64,000 nt of DNA, taken from positions 2,976,001 to 3,040,000 of the forward strand of contig ML978123.1 in NCBI GenBank assembly GCA_010015805.1, read 5' to 3'. Numbering within the stretch: the stretch's first letter is position 1; each line of letters starts with the position of its first letter. The notes beneath the pieces are model-generated. The model had not been told where the DNA came from and did not search any database. It was given only the letters and a program-made list of their open reading frames with translations. This document shows positions 49,306 through 62,830 of this stretch, piece after piece. The DNA comes from Rhizodiscina lignyota (taxonomy: Eukaryota). A program made the position numbers and the translations under genes.

Positions 49306-50090
49306 TTACAGAGCGTACGCAGCGAAGCCGAAGATGGCAGCGAGACCAGCACCGGAGGCGGCGAAGGCCTTGTTGGCAGCACCAGTGAAGGTTGCGATCG
49401 GGCTGGTGAGAGCGCTGGTCTTGGTGGGAGCGACCGATGGGGCGGCAGTGCCAGCCGGAGCGGTGCCGTTGGACGGGATGCTGTAGGTAGGGGCCCAGGT
49501 GCTGGCCGGCGCAGACGGGATGACCGGGGAAGCAGGGGTCGACACTGCGGCAGCAGAGCTGTAGACTGGGGGAGCCGAAGAGGTGGTGGCCAGGACAGCA
49601 GCAGCGGAGGTAGACTCAGTCTCGGAGCTACAACATGAAGTGTTAGCTGATTGTACGATGTAAATTACGGAGTGGCATTACCAGGTGACGCACGAGCTGA
49701 CAGTGGAGGTAGTGGCCGGGTAGCTGACAGTGCACGGGCAGTTGGTGATGGTAATGGTGGTGGCCTTTCATTGTTGTTAGCACGAATTCCATTCCCTAAG
49801 TGATGCGCATTCCATGCGTTCTCATAACGTACCTCAGTGGCAGTGTAGGTAGCACCGCCGTGGGTGAAGCTGGTGGCACCAGTGCAGTAGGTCTCGAAGT
49901 AGTCGGTGTGGACCGTGGTGACCCAGGAAGTGGAGTTGGAAGGGGAGGAACCCTCGCCCCATCCAGAGGAACCACTCTCAGGCTTGCTCCAGCCCGAGGA
50001 CTCGCCCTCGGAGGAGCCTGGGGCCCATCCTGGGGAGTAGGAGGCGGCAGCGCCAGCAGCGAAGGCAGCAATAGCAACAGCGTACTTCAT
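49306..50090 (-). CDS. Clock-controlled protein 6 (CCG-6)/Mmc-like GPI-anchored cell-wall protein
   Basis: Signal peptide, ETYCTGATSFTHGGATYTATE/ATTITITNCPCTV, Ser/Thr/Ala-rich stalk, GPI-type tail FTGAANKAFAASGAGLAAIFGFAAYAL. Two introns. Confidence 0.88.
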
Positions 50091-52025
50091 TTTGACGGTA
50101 TTAGATTAAGACGTAAAGTCGTAAAGGTCGAGGACTGATTTTGATTGCTTGAAGCTGTTGGAAACGACTGGAATCGGCGAAGAGACCGTGGTGTTTGAAC
50201 GAGCGTGATGTTGATGGATGGAAGAGGAAACAAACAGCGGGCACGCGAGAAGAGTTTATATGGGAGCGGGATGTTTTGGTGGCTGGCCGGCCGAGCAAAC
50301 GGGTGGCTTGCCAACATGAGCAGAACCAGGGGCTACTATTGGTCAGTGCTTTGCTCGCTCGACGGCGCTCAGCGAAAGCTGGGCCCGGCTGGCTCCCTTC
50401 ACGAAAAGGGGCCGAGCATTGAGCTTGTGCAGGGATCACAGTGCGCTCGCACTCCCACCAATGATCCTTTTGCGAGTCAATTGACAGCAGTCCGGCACGC
50501 GACGAGAGGTTTCTGGAAGGCTTCGATGAAATTGCAATGTGGGAGGAGAAGCTCCGTCAGCGTCCAGCTGCTCGCCAGCTTGAGCATGTGCTCGTATCGA
50601 CCTGCTCGCTGATCCGCGCTCTCGTGAGGCCTCCCAGGAAGGCATGTCACTCCACCCGTTCTCTTTCAATTGAGAATACGACGTGCCAATAGTATTGGGG
50701 ATAGGCTCGCAATGCAACGCAGCATAATGCGTAATAATGAGGGCCGCCAGCGTGCAAGCAAGGCAGCATCTCCCATGGCAATGTCTCGCCGATTCTCCAC
50801 ACGAAGTCAAAGAACGAAGCCACGGCTCTCGTTCTCGTCGCTGCCGCGCATCGGCGTGCAATTCCGGTGCAACATCGGGGGCAGCGGTAACAGGCCAAAG
50901 ATAGAATTGGGGTGAAATTGAGGTGCTGGCGGTGGGTGGCGATGGAGTGAAGTGGCACCGACGTTGCTCGCCCTGGTCCCACGTGCGGCCCATGCGCTGC
51001 TCACTTGCGACTGCCGGCCAATGGGCGGGCAAGCGCAAGCCAGCGCAGGGAAGAGTCTGCAGCGGGTTCCTGCAGCGCGAAATGAGCGCGGCAGGGGTGC
51101 GAGCGACAACTCAACCGGGCATCATCACGCTCAAGGCACCGTCCAGCGCCCACAGTCCAGCTCAGGTCAATACGATCCTTCTCCTAACACTTGGTCTGTA
51201 AGCAGCGCTGACTCCGAGCCCTTTTCCGATGCTGGCAATCCTCGCTATTTCCCGAATTCCCTAGAGGATCGAAGACCTCCATCAAGCTCCTTCTCCCTTC
51301 GACGCTATCACCTCATCATCGATCGATGCCAACCCGAGCTCGGAACGGCCTAAACTAATTCGTCGATCGTTTCCTGTCGCAACCAATTTCCACATTATCT
51401 GTTAGCTTCCCACCGACACGGCGTCTTGGCGCAGGCGGCGGCAGCGCCTAGAAGTGCTTGTTTCTCGCGGCCTGGTCTCTCGACTGCCTTCTCCTTTGGG
51501 CATCGCGCATTGCCACATCGGCGCTTCGGAGATTGGCCTCATGCTGCTCGTGGCTTGACTCTCCACAACGCGAAAACAACGCGACTATTAAGGCCATCAC
51601 ACTCCCACGCGTCGAAACGACGGTACTGCTCCTGACGAGGGAGCTCCCTTGGGACCTCGTTTCGCACGGAGACGTGCAAGAGTCATTACTATCAAACTTA
51701 ATATCCGTTGGCTGTACATGAAGACGCCCGTTTCGACTGTCTAGAACTCGAATAGCCTTCATTTTATTGAAGCATATGTTTTATGCTAGAGTGTTTTGGA
51801 CTGCATTCGCGTAGAAATCCGACTGAATCTGTCGTAGAAACGTTGATTCCTTGTGGTTTTCGACTCTCTAAGCTACTCTCTCCGTTTTCATCATTTTCAT
51901 TAGACCGTTTACTGTTCTAGCCTGGAGATCTCTTCAATGGCGTGCCAGTCCCTATGAGACACGGCTGTAACTCGGGCAGCACTGTTCGGAATAACCGTTC
52001 TCATTCCATTGCGTGTAATCTTACC

Positions 52026-52631
52026 ATGGGTCGTATGAACACAGCGAAACCATCGCAGTGGCCAGAGAACGTCGAATATATCTTCTCGATCAAGTACTCG
52101 AAGAATGTGCGACCTGAAACTCTCCAGGCGCTCATAACAAAACCGAACACTGCCACGACAGTCAAACACACTCCAGGACCTTGTCCCCGCGTTCGAATAA
52201 AATCCATCACAGACCCCTCACATCCGGCACACGACCAGCATGGCCTCTTCGCTTCCCAGCATCTCGCTCCATCCACCTACATTATCTCTTACGTTGGTTA
52301 CCTCCACACTAAGGACGAAGCGGACTCCGAGTCAAATTACGACCTCTCCTTAGATCGCGAGTTGGGTATTGGCGTGGATGCAACGAAGCATGGCAACGAG
52401 GCGCGCTTCATAAACGATTACCGGGGCATCTCGGACTCGCCGAACGCTGAGTTCAGAGATATCTGGGTTGACATGGGTGGAGGCAAGTGTGAGAAGAGGA
52501 TGGGAGTTTACGTCCTCGGGGCGGGAAGGAGCGGAAAGAAGGCAAAGGGGATTGCTAAGGGTGAAGAGATTCTGGTTAGCTATGGGAAGGGCTTCTGGAA
52601 GGAGAGGAATAAAGAGGCATGGGACGAGTAG
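52026..52631 (+). CDS. Small SET-domain protein (putative lysine methyltransferase)
   Basis: HGLFA, VDATKHGNEARFINDYRG, GEEILVSYGKGFW. Start at 52026 or 52035. Confidence 0.85.
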   Translation: MGRMNTAKPSQWPENVEYIFSIKYSKNVRPETLQALITKPNTATTVKHTPGPCPRVRIKSITDPSHPAHDQHGLFASQHLAPSTYIISYVGYLHTKDEADSESNYDLSLDRELGIGVDATKHGNEARFINDYRGISDSPNAEFRDIWVDMGGGKCEKRMGVYVLGAGRSGKKAKGIAKGEEILVSYGKGFWKERNKEAWDE

Positions 52632-55196
52632 CAGCGGACTACCCTGTATCAACGTTTCGCGACGACCTTGGGTTACATTTACGTACTGCCCCGAGACCCG
52701 CCCCGAAACATGTCCTGGACTTTTCAAATCAAGGGACTAGATGACATCGCGATGCGTCATCTATTCTGTTGAGGGTATCACAACTCCCACACTAACAATG
52801 CGCTGTACATCTGGGCAGCGTTCGTGTCATCCCAAAGGAAGCTTCTAGACGTTGATAATCTTCGTTATGAGCGATCGACAACTGGAAGCACCAAGATTTT
52901 CAACTTCCAGTATGAATAGCAGCAAAAATAACCGTAATAGTCGAACTCTCAGTGGAGATAAATGTCCATGGGTAGGCTCGCACTTGCATCTATGAGAGAA
53001 CTAGAGCGATAGTTGCGAGGTTCAAGGCATCGAATGGCTGTCTGCCGATGGAGGACTTAACTCCTTTAGCGATATTTGTGTTCGATAAGCACATTCACCG
53101 GCATATTAGTGGCCGGAATACTCAGAGGTGCTTAACGCTATTTGCCTTCAATTGGACGGGCATGACCTGAGTGTCACCATGTCCCCGCGAAGACAAAGGT
53201 GCGTTTATGAATATGGCACATGAGCAAGAGATGACGTTGGTCATGTCACGAAGTCTGATTTCAGGGGTGGAGTTACTTTTCGGTGGCAGAGATGAGTTGG
53301 CAAGACGTTGCTCTCGTGACTGACATTCTCAACGATTAAGAGAGATACGGTCGCGGCATTGGAGAAGCTACGGAGTGGAGCCTAAAGCTCCCGAATTGTG
53401 TTTCTCACTTTAAGCAGGTGCTTCAGCGAAGAAGATCGGGCTCTTAAGATATCGCTCTAGGCGTTCACGAAGAAGCTACCTTTACCGGTTTGCCTCTCCT
53501 TGAATTCGGGCTTTCAGACGGGCAAAGGCTGTCGATGCTCGGGGTGCGTTGAATGATAGGGCTGCCGAATGCAGGGACGAGTTCACGCGGCTACGGGTGT
53601 CGCCTCTTCTTCCCTCGAGAGCAGCCTTGCAGTGCAAGCCGCGAGGTCACTCGGGCCCTTGAGATCGTAACTTTTATCTCTGCCCAATCCAAAATACCTC
53701 AATTAAAATAGCTTGTTGATTACTCCGGCTCTGAGGTACGGAGCAACGTCCGTCCAGCACTAGCTGAAACTTGGCGTCTGCGTCCAAATCGACGGGATGG
53801 AGCCGGCAAAACTTCCCCCACAAGCCACCCACGTGATCTGACTTGATTGTGGCTGGCGCTGACGTCACGGCCAGATTTTCGGCAACGTCACTTCATGTCT
53901 CAAGAAACTGGAAATTTCGTCGCCGAGGCTGGCCTCATCAGCCTGTTTCGGAGAGTAGGTTCAACCCTGAACAGAATTCGCATTCGCAATTGCCATCACC
54001 ATTGATCTCGATCGTGAAACGGAGCTGTCGACTGTGAATGCAACGTGGAATCAAAGCAGGTCCGATAACATGGTCTGTACTACCCGGCGCTGCGGTTGAG
54101 AGGCTGTCAAGGACGACAAAGAGGCGGGTCAGGCATGAGCCGCACGATGGATGGCTATTGATGTTGTCCGGCGCTCGATTGGTGCGGTAAATATGGGAGA
54201 CAATCCTTCCACGCTGAAGATCGCGGCCGGAGAGTCGCGCGGGAGAGAGTGGGAGACGACCGGCAGCCGTGACGTCCTCGCAGCCCTTGCCTGTGATAGA
54301 CATTCGTGTATTATTTTGGGGGTGGCCAAGGTGTGCCAGGATCCTTCGGGTGTGCAGAAAGGATCGGTGATCTTTGGGGCTCTGCTTTCGTTACACGTGA
54401 ACAAAGGGATCGAAAGTTAAACGAGTTGTCATTGACAGGTATTACGCAGACTAGCTGAAAGCGTTCAAGATCAACAAGAAATATAGAAAACAAATGTGTT
54501 CTAGAGGCAGGGGAGTAAAGGATGAGCGATGCCTTACGTTTGATTTTCCTTGACTGCAGAAGCCTGGTTTTTGGAAGACGTCGAATTGAATGCTCCCTTT
54601 TTGTCACCCACGACCCTGCATTTATTCGGGAACAGTAAAACCTGCCGCGAGCGAATGTGCTTGCTCCATCTGCCGCGTGTTTCTGTAGGTCCACCTTTCT
54701 CGAAGGAAGGCCATGGACACTGACTCCTGAACGCACTTGCCATATCTGACGTAAAAATCAAGCTTGCTTTAAACAAAGGCCCCTTCCGCGGAGTGCTCCC
54801 AGTCCTATCTTTCCACAGTCTACCTATACACTCCTACGTACTCTTGACACGTACATATCATCTGATTCTTGTGTATATACTTGATTACGCCGTCAATCAC
54901 CCAAAGCTCGAGTGTCTAAATCACAACACTCTTTGAAAGCTCGCAATCAGCCTCACGGTTGCCCTTCTGACTGGATTGCGACATCATTAGGTGTCATACT
55001 TCCTCCACGAATGAACTCGTCAGAAGTAAATTTCAGAAGCATACTCCTCCGCGGACGAATACATCGCCAGTTATTTATTTCTGGTTGAGCAAACGAGCAT
55101 TTAAAATCAATCGGCTCGCTGCACATCCGTACCTTTTCGAACTTCAAACTCGACTCAGAATCCTTCACTTCTTACGAAAAGCAATCCATCGACGAT

Positions 55197-55926
55197 ATGG
55201 CCATGCCCTCGCGTCGTTCCCGTCCAAGCATGGGTAATGGCTTACGCCAAAGCCCTTCAAGGGTAAGAAACTAATGCTCCTCCGTCCCCAACGATCGCCC
55301 TCGTGCATGGCAGTCTAAAGCACAAGCTAACATTATTTCCCCCACTACAGGACCTGACGCTGCAGAAATACATCCAGCTCTGCACACAGCAAGACAACCT
55401 CCGCCATCGTCTGTCCCTCACAATCCCCTCGACCTCACCACTATCACCCGGCTCCCCTTCTGACGAAGGTTCCTTCCCTTCCTCGCCCATCCGCTCGCTG
55501 AACTACACCGCGAGCCTCCCCAGCTACGACTATAACTACCACAACACCATCTCGACCTATCTCTCGACCTCGCACCCGACGCAGCCTCTTCCTTGCCCTC
55601 CCCCATCCACCACTGCCATCATGTCGCTCCCTACGGGCTCCGACCCGCACGGCGTCGACGAGGACCGCCTCTGCGAGGTCAACCACCAGATCAAGGCGAC
55701 GCTGACGGAGCTGCTGAACCATGAGAGCGTGCGGCACGACGACAAGTTCCGGCACTGGGTGCAGGAGCGACTCATCGAAGCGGAGAGCGAGCTACGGAAT
55801 CAGCGCCGACGCAGTCGTCGCCGGAGCGAGGTTGACAAGGACGGCGTGGTCAGCGCGATTGCGGAGAGCTTCAAGTGTGGCGGCATGGGCATGGAGGGAC
55901 CTTGGAGGTTTAGCACCACCGTGTAA
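55197..55926 (+). CDS. Hypothetical protein with a C-terminal helical domain
   Basis: Exon 1 55197-55262, intron 55263-55350 (GTAAG...GCTAAC...CAG), GC3-rich exon 2 with QIKATLTELLNHESVRHDDKFRHWVQERLIEAE. Confidence 0.8.
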
Positions 55927-57442
55927 CGTCGGGGTCTGGCTCAATTGGTCTGGTCACCTAACTGTTGAGAGAGGATTCAACGGAGTCTGGGGATTGTACG
56001 AATACGACACGCAAGGCATTCGTTTGGCGTCTGGGGTCCCTTTTTCGCATAGATGCGTTGTTACGGTTTACGAGCTCAGATGGCTTGGTTGATGACCTCC
56101 ACGATGATATCCCAACAGCGTAGCATCGCTGCAGCTTGTTTTGCTTGTACACTATTGTAAACTTTGGCCGGCGACGGCTATCAAGAGAATGGGAGTCGCT
56201 CCTTTGAGTTTTACTCTCAGTAATTCTAATTGAACTTGTCCTGTTTAATTGCAAGAAGTTGGATTCTGTTCTTCGATGCCGGCAAAGGTAAATACACTTT
56301 TCTCTTCATGGTTGGTCCTTTCACATGCAATTCCTTGTGGAGTTTCTTCCAGGTTGCTCCAGCTGCTTCAAGGGAGACACGGAAAGATATCAAGATCATC
56401 CATCGAACGGCAGATCTCTGAACCCTCCAGCCCGCATCCCAACAATGCGGGAGATACGCGAGTGCTAGCTACGTAAGGATTTCTGGTTTAAAATTCCTTC
56501 CCCCCACTAATCCCCCCAATACATCGTGCATATGCGGGGTTCTGTGGTGTGTACCAAAGTACTCACCCCACCGGATCAGCTGTGCTGATAGCGGAAGTTT
56601 CGGAGAGACTAGTTGAGACGGCTTGAGAAAGGGTCCTCGAGATGTAGGGCTGATCGATCGATATCTTTGGGATTGAGGATGAGCAGCTTGACACATCGAT
56701 TGAGTGACGACGGGATGAATCAGAAGGTAGGGTTAGGGTATTAGGAACTGGACGTTACATAACAAAGTGATAACTCTTTGCTTACGAGATTTTTATACCA
56801 TGAAGTGGATCGACCACTCTGAGAATGGGGTGGTCATTATGCCAGTTCTACCGCGTTTCTCTTGATCGAAAGTCTTTGCTTAAAGGCCTACTTTCACAAA
56901 GGGCCGTCTAAGCAAAAGAGAAATGACCGATGCCCTGCCACTAACGCTTCTGAAAATGATTTCATACTCATACGGACCTCCAGATTTCCGTATACAGGTT
57001 CTCTAAGCTCTTCCACAACCAATTGATACCCACACGATACAGTTCTTCGCCTACAGAGTTCTTCAGGAATTCGTCGCGTTCTTTCCAATTTTGGCTAGAG
57101 TGCGACTTAGCGATTCACCGCGGGCACCTTTTTTCTGCGTTGTGGACGCCGTCTCCACCAGAATCTGCTGAACCGACGAATCCATCGACCTGTAGTTAGG
57201 AACAAGATACCATAACCGTCGTTGAATCCGACAAGGCTTCGCACACTGGCGTTCGCTTCTTGCTCTCGGTCTTCTAAGGGTGTGCCGTGACTCGTCCGCA
57301 CATTCGCACGAATCCAGTCGGTGCAACCTGCGTGGCCATTGCCGCCTGCCACCACACGCGATCAATGCGTATTTATGTTTGCGCGCAGTCTTCATGATCT
57401 TTCCAATGTTTAATCAATTCCTTTATTACAGTTCATGGCGCA

Positions 57443-58547
57443 ATGGCATCGGCCTCAGAAGTCCGCGCCTATCTCTCCACACTCTCCAACCTTGGCCCTA
57501 ACCTCGTGGGAGTCTTCGGTATATACATTCCACAAGCTATTTGCCAATTGCATATCTAACGCATTGTAGTGGGAGGCACATCCGGTATAGGCGAGTCCAC
57601 GGCACGCGAATTCACCCGCCACACTCGTGCGCCGCACGTGTATCTCGTCGGGCGCTCCCGCGAGCAAGCTGATCGCCTGATTACTGAATTCAAGGAGCTC
57701 AACAAAGAAGCGCAGACGCATTTTATCCAGAGCGACGTGTCGCTCCTGCGGAATGTCGATGAGGTGTGCAAGGAGATCAGCGCCAAGGAGGAGAAGGTGA
57801 ACCTATTGATGCTGAGCGCTGGTATCATGACCATGAAAGGGAGGGACGGTACGTCCATCTTGCAGCCTCCAACTCGATTAATGACCCTGTTGGAAATCCA
57901 AGCGTACAATATGGATAAAAACTCACGTATTCATGGCAGAGACGACAGAAGGCCTCGACAAGAAGCTCTCTCTCCATTACTACTCCCGCTTGCGCTTCAC
58001 CACGAACCTCCTCCCGCTCCTCCGCGCCGCCTCCAGCTCCCAGCCACCTCTGGCGCGCGTCATCGCGGTCCTGGGCGCCGGTCGCGAAGGCCCCATCAAC
58101 ACCTCCGACTTCTCCCTACGCAACACAGGATCCTACTCTCTCCGCGCGGCCGCAAGCCACACGATTAGCATGACGAGCCTGTCATTCGACCATCTCGCGT
58201 CCGATCCGGCGAACAAGGGGATTGCTTTCATCCACTCGAGCCCCGGGGGCGTGGACACGAATCTTTCGAGGGGCCTGGGGAGCGTGATGCAGAAGGTGCT
58301 ATCCGCTTCGATGGTGTTGCTCAAGCCGTCTGGGTTGGTGGTGAGCGCGAAGGAGAGTGGGGAGAGACATGTTTGGACGGGGACGAATGAGAAGTTTGGA
58401 AGTGGGCTGTTTTTAGTTGGCCCGCGTGGGCAGGAGGAGAAAGACGAAGCATTTGGCAGGCTGAAGAGTGAAGGAGCAGGCGAGAAGGTATGGGGACATA
58501 CGGAGGAGGTGTATAAGAAAGTTTGTGACGAGGGACAGAGATACTAA
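57443..58547 (+). CDS. Short-chain dehydrogenase/oxidoreductase
   Basis: VGVFV/GGTSGIG, VYLVGRS, ETTEGLDKKLSLHYYSRLRF, FIHSSPGGVDT, ESGER. Two introns. Confidence 0.88.
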
Positions 58548-59173
58548 GGGTAGAGATGTCCCTTAAAAAATAACAAAGATATAAGATACAGTGTAGAAGC
58601 TCAAGATCATGAGGGAGTCAATGACAGAAAGTTTGCGTTATTTGACAAATGGTAGTGCCCGACTTTGTGCAGATGTGGCCCAGAGACGCATGTTACTTAG
58701 GATGAACGAGGGAAAGGCTTAGCACAAAGATAAACGATAAGTCTCATGTAATTGAGACTAGAGCTGAGTTTCTGCGGAAAGGTGAGTTCGAGGATGAGCG
58801 AGTTGGGTGTTGTCTTGCTTATAAGCGGAGGATATGGCGCTAAACAGATGAAGAAGTGAATCAGTTGGTCGCGATTCTGTCTCTTCGGAGGGGGCTGAAA
58901 TTGCAGTGTAGATGTGGCTAAATCGACTGCTTACCTCGATTGCTTGGCCACATGCAGAGTCCTTGAAAACTGCTGTCCAATTGAGAGGCTTTGGAGAGGC
59001 TTTGGAGAATTGGGCGCTCTAAATCTCATCCTCGTCTAAAATTACTACCTTTCCAAAAAGGGAAATCGTCTATGCGACCCTGGGAAGTCCGAGCCGACGT
59101 CAACTCTCCGCGATCTTTGAAATCAGCATCGCAAGTCGTGCACGACAGCTTCATTCGATTCCGATGAGGCGCG

Positions 59174-59905
59174 ATGGTGCTCTCTTTCATTCTCATACAG
59201 AACAGGCAGTCAGTTTAGCTTCCAGGTAGTCCACCGCAAGCCTTGCTAACTCATGGGAAGAGGTAAAACTCGCCTTGCCAAGTGGTATGCGCCATACACC
59301 GTAAGTGGGATCTGAAAAGAAAACATGTGGCGCACATAGACTGATAGCGTTCGCAGGATGAAGAGAAGGTCAAGTTGAAAGGCGAGGTACGCTCTGTCTT
59401 CCGCGCATTCTGAACCCCTATCCCCTCCTCCGCCCACGATACCACGACTTCAAACCTCCGCGTCGACAGACAGTGTCGTTGACAGACCGAATAGGTGCAC
59501 CGCCTTATCGCACCCCGCGACCAAAAGCACCAGTCCAACTTCGTCGAGTTCCGCCAGACAAGCAAGATCGTGTACCGGCGCTATGCGGGCCTGTTCTTCT
59601 GCGCGTGCGTCGACACGAACGATAACGAGCTAGCCTATCTAGAGGCGATACACTTCTTTGTCGAGGTGCTAGATGCGTTCTTCGGGAATGTGTGCGAGCT
59701 GGACTTGGTGTTCAACTTCTATAAAGTGAGTCATACCCGGTGGGAGATGTGGGTTTGGGTGAGGGGAGAGGCTGGTTGGACTAAAGCTGACAAGTGAATG
59801 CAGGTCTATGCGATATTGGACGAGGTCTTCCTGGCGGGCGAGATAGAAGAGACAAGTAAGCAGGTTGTTTTGACGAGGCTGGAGCATCTGGACAAGCTGG
59901 AATAA
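59174..59905 (+). CDS. APS2: AP-2 adaptor complex sigma subunit
   Basis: Five exons: [46 protein letters not shown]...[46 protein letters not shown]. Confidence 0.96.
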
Positions 59906-60529
59906 TGGCAAGGGTTATATGACATTTGCATGGCGGCGTTCGGGGAATACGGCAGTCAAGTGGCATCAGCATATGGTAGCGTGAGCGGCTTCTTCGGGTA
60001 CAATTCAATCCAATTATGTGCGGGTGGCCAATCTACGGCTTGCACGTATAGACCGAACTTTACCTCGATTCGATCTCCTTCCTCAGCTGCCGCCCTGCAT
60101 GTGGAGTTGAACTTCAATTCGATTATACGCAGGAGCTCAACTTACAACTTGCTGGTAAGGATCGAGCTTTATTTTGACTAAGTATTGGACGTGTATTCTA
60201 TTACGAGACTGGAGTCCTGGATTGTGGTCATGGCGAGGCACAAAAAGAGAAGTCTCATGCGAGCACAGCGTATCGCTGACAGGAACACGAATGTCGCATG
60301 CATGACTTGCCACCGTGCACATCGAAACAAGTAGAGGACTTAGGATTTTGTGAGATGAAGGAAAGAAGTTCATTTGAGAGTATGGTTCAAGATGCAGCCG
60401 CATGTGAACTCTTTCCGAATCGTTATCATCAAAGAGCAAAAGGAGAAGAATCATCCATCATCAACCGCCGAACCCAAATCCCAGAGAGTGAAAGCGCCAT
60501 CGCTTCGTGTAGTGCAAGTCAACCGTTGC

Positions 60530-60948
60530 TCAGAAGATGACGTCCTCCACCTTGACCTTTTTCGCCGCAGTTTGCTCGTCCTCGTCCGCATCCTCAGTCT
60601 CCTTGCCAGAGTCAGCATTCTTCGACGCCTTCTTTGGACGGCCACGGCCACGCTTCTTGGGAGTCGCGGGCTCAGTCGCAGCGGTGCTGGCATCCTTGTC
60701 GTCTGAGTCCGGGTGTTTCTCCCTGTATGCCTTGAGCATGGCGAGGACAGTGTCGCGGGTGCTGCGCGGGGTGCGGCCAGCGGGGCGGTCGACCTTGTCC
60801 CAGTCGACCTTGCCGACATGAGTGGCAACGATGCTTGTCATGATCTCGAGCTGCAAAAATGTTGAGCTGCGGAAGCGAAAAATGTGCATGGGAGAGTGTT
60901 GTGGCCTACCTTCTCCTCAGCGGTCCACGCCTTCGTAGCTTCTTTCAT
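60530..60948 (-). CDS. Small AT-hook protein with a Myb-like N-terminus
   Basis: MKEATKAWTAEEK/LEIM...VDWDKVDRPAGRT, AT-hook KKRGRGRPKK, acidic tail. Intron ~60909-60851. Confidence 0.8.
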
Positions 60949-62830
60949 CTTGAAGATTGGTGTGTGCTGTTTGTAATGTAAGAATTGAGTCGAGGTAAGA
61001 AACACGGAAGTGTTTTCGCTCGGCGGGAGTGAGAATGAGGGTGAAGCTGATGGAATTTGAGAGGTTTAAAGAAAACGATAAGTGAAGTCACAAGGCAAAG
61101 AAGCATCAACAAACAAGGACATCTACCTTTGCGTGGGGTCCTTCCTGATGAAAGAACTCCATCGTTAGCACACTTTTGTAATTATTAAGTGCTGCCATCC
61201 TGATGAGGAAGTAAGACTGTTTGAGGAATTAGGGATGTGTGTTACTTGCCTTGCTTGAGAATGATGTTTGTTGTTGGTGTTCTCGAATGGGAGGAAGTCT
61301 AAGTTGGCCGACAGAGAGAAAAAGGTCTGGTGTTCAGTGTTTTGGAGTGGGATGAAAGAAGTCAGGCTGAAGGAGGAAGATGGAGAAGCTTATATAGACT
61401 GAAATCTTGGCATCGATGATGGAATTGTGGCGAAATGAGGAGCAAGTTTTCTACATAATTGACTCAATGTTCGTTCTCAGGAGGTCCGTAGGGCGAGCTT
61501 CCCGGTGGGTGAAAATACAGCCAATTTGGGCAAGGGAGGGCTCCGTAGGTAAGCTTGAAAAGAATGAAAGGGCCAGTACTTAAGTGTTTTGGCACTGAAG
61601 TGCTTGGAAAGCTGGTCAGTTTCTTAGTGACCAGAAAATTGAAGGCCTACTCGCATGTTGGCGTGCAGGTACTTGTCCGTTCCAGGATGTATTTGAAGAT
61701 ATGAAGGGGTCCAGGCATGAAGCGTGGGCTCGTTAACGCTTGAGGAGGATGTCGCATGGAGCCATGCGCTTGGATGACCTTTACTTTATGCTGGTGTCGG
61801 ATCGGACAATGCTCAGAAGCAAAGAAGTACATACAACCTCTATAGACATCGCCGCGGGTCCTCCGTATATAGTATCAGAAAGACGAAACGAAGTTGAATC
61901 ATGACTACGAATGGCGAAAGCAACTTCTGTGTGCCGCCCCGAGACTACGAAGCGCATATAGCAAGAGTAAATGATCGATCAGCGGTAACATTTCCACACG
62001 TGTGTCCTCTACAGGGTCAACTTGCTCGGCTGTCATTTATGTTCAATACATAAGTAGCTTACCATGCGAGGCACAGAAGGAACTCAATGAATCGGAAGGA
62101 CTCTAGAATAAAAGGCATCTGCCCTCGGCAGACAAGAGGCTCTACTAAAATCTTGTAGAGTTTAATGCTGTATTACGAGTGTGACATGAAATATGAGAAG
62201 GCAATTGGTATATCACTCAGCTTCCGTAAGGAGGCCCACGATGTCCTCAGCTATATTTAATTTGTATTATCGTGCTGGGACGCAAATATGCTTTACATAA
62301 TGAAGGTAAAGGTTTTTCTAAATGATACAAGACCGCAGGCACAATTAGAGTGGGAGCCAGCTCTATTAGAACTCTGTCTTGGTCAAGTTCACTTGTAGGT
62401 ACAACTTTTGCGGAGAAGGGGAAGGGTCGGTGCGGACCCTTGTCTCGTTCTGGAAAAGTTCGACTGGCGTAGAACATCAGGGCGCATCGCTAGCACAGGA
62501 ACAGCACCACACCGTGTCCTGCGTTGTACAACACATTCTCCCCTTCACCTTTCTTTGTTCACGCTGATTGCCCGGTCAGCTGTGGTCGTGGCTGACTGGA
62601 TGAATGGTTGCCTTCTCAGTGGCATTCGGGGCTCCTTCAATTTGCCGCTGAGTCTGAGGCTGAGTCTGAAAATTCATTGCCCTCGCACTCACTCGCGCTT
62701 TCACTCTCTTCTGCCTTCCATTACCTTCACTGCACTTCGGACAAACAGCCAAAGTACTGTGACAGCACAAAGACACCTCACACCAGCACATTCACCACGT
62801 CATTCCTCTTCACGCCCTCTCCTAGCCGCC

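Noticed and set aside
50100..51900. Many overlapping 70-200 aa ORFs upstream of the ccg-6-like gene
   Set aside because: GC-rich promoter region; ORFs on both strands with no motifs or consistent codon bias.
58983..59008. 11-bp tandem duplication GAGAGGCTTTG x2 (similar ones at ~25721 and ~62647)
   Set aside because: Ordinary slippage-type duplications without further structure.
61140..61215. Two CTGATGA motifs (hammerhead or C-box-like)
   Set aside because: No stem II/GAAA arrangement; they read better as TCATCAG splice acceptors in the 5' UTR of the minus-strand AT-hook gene.
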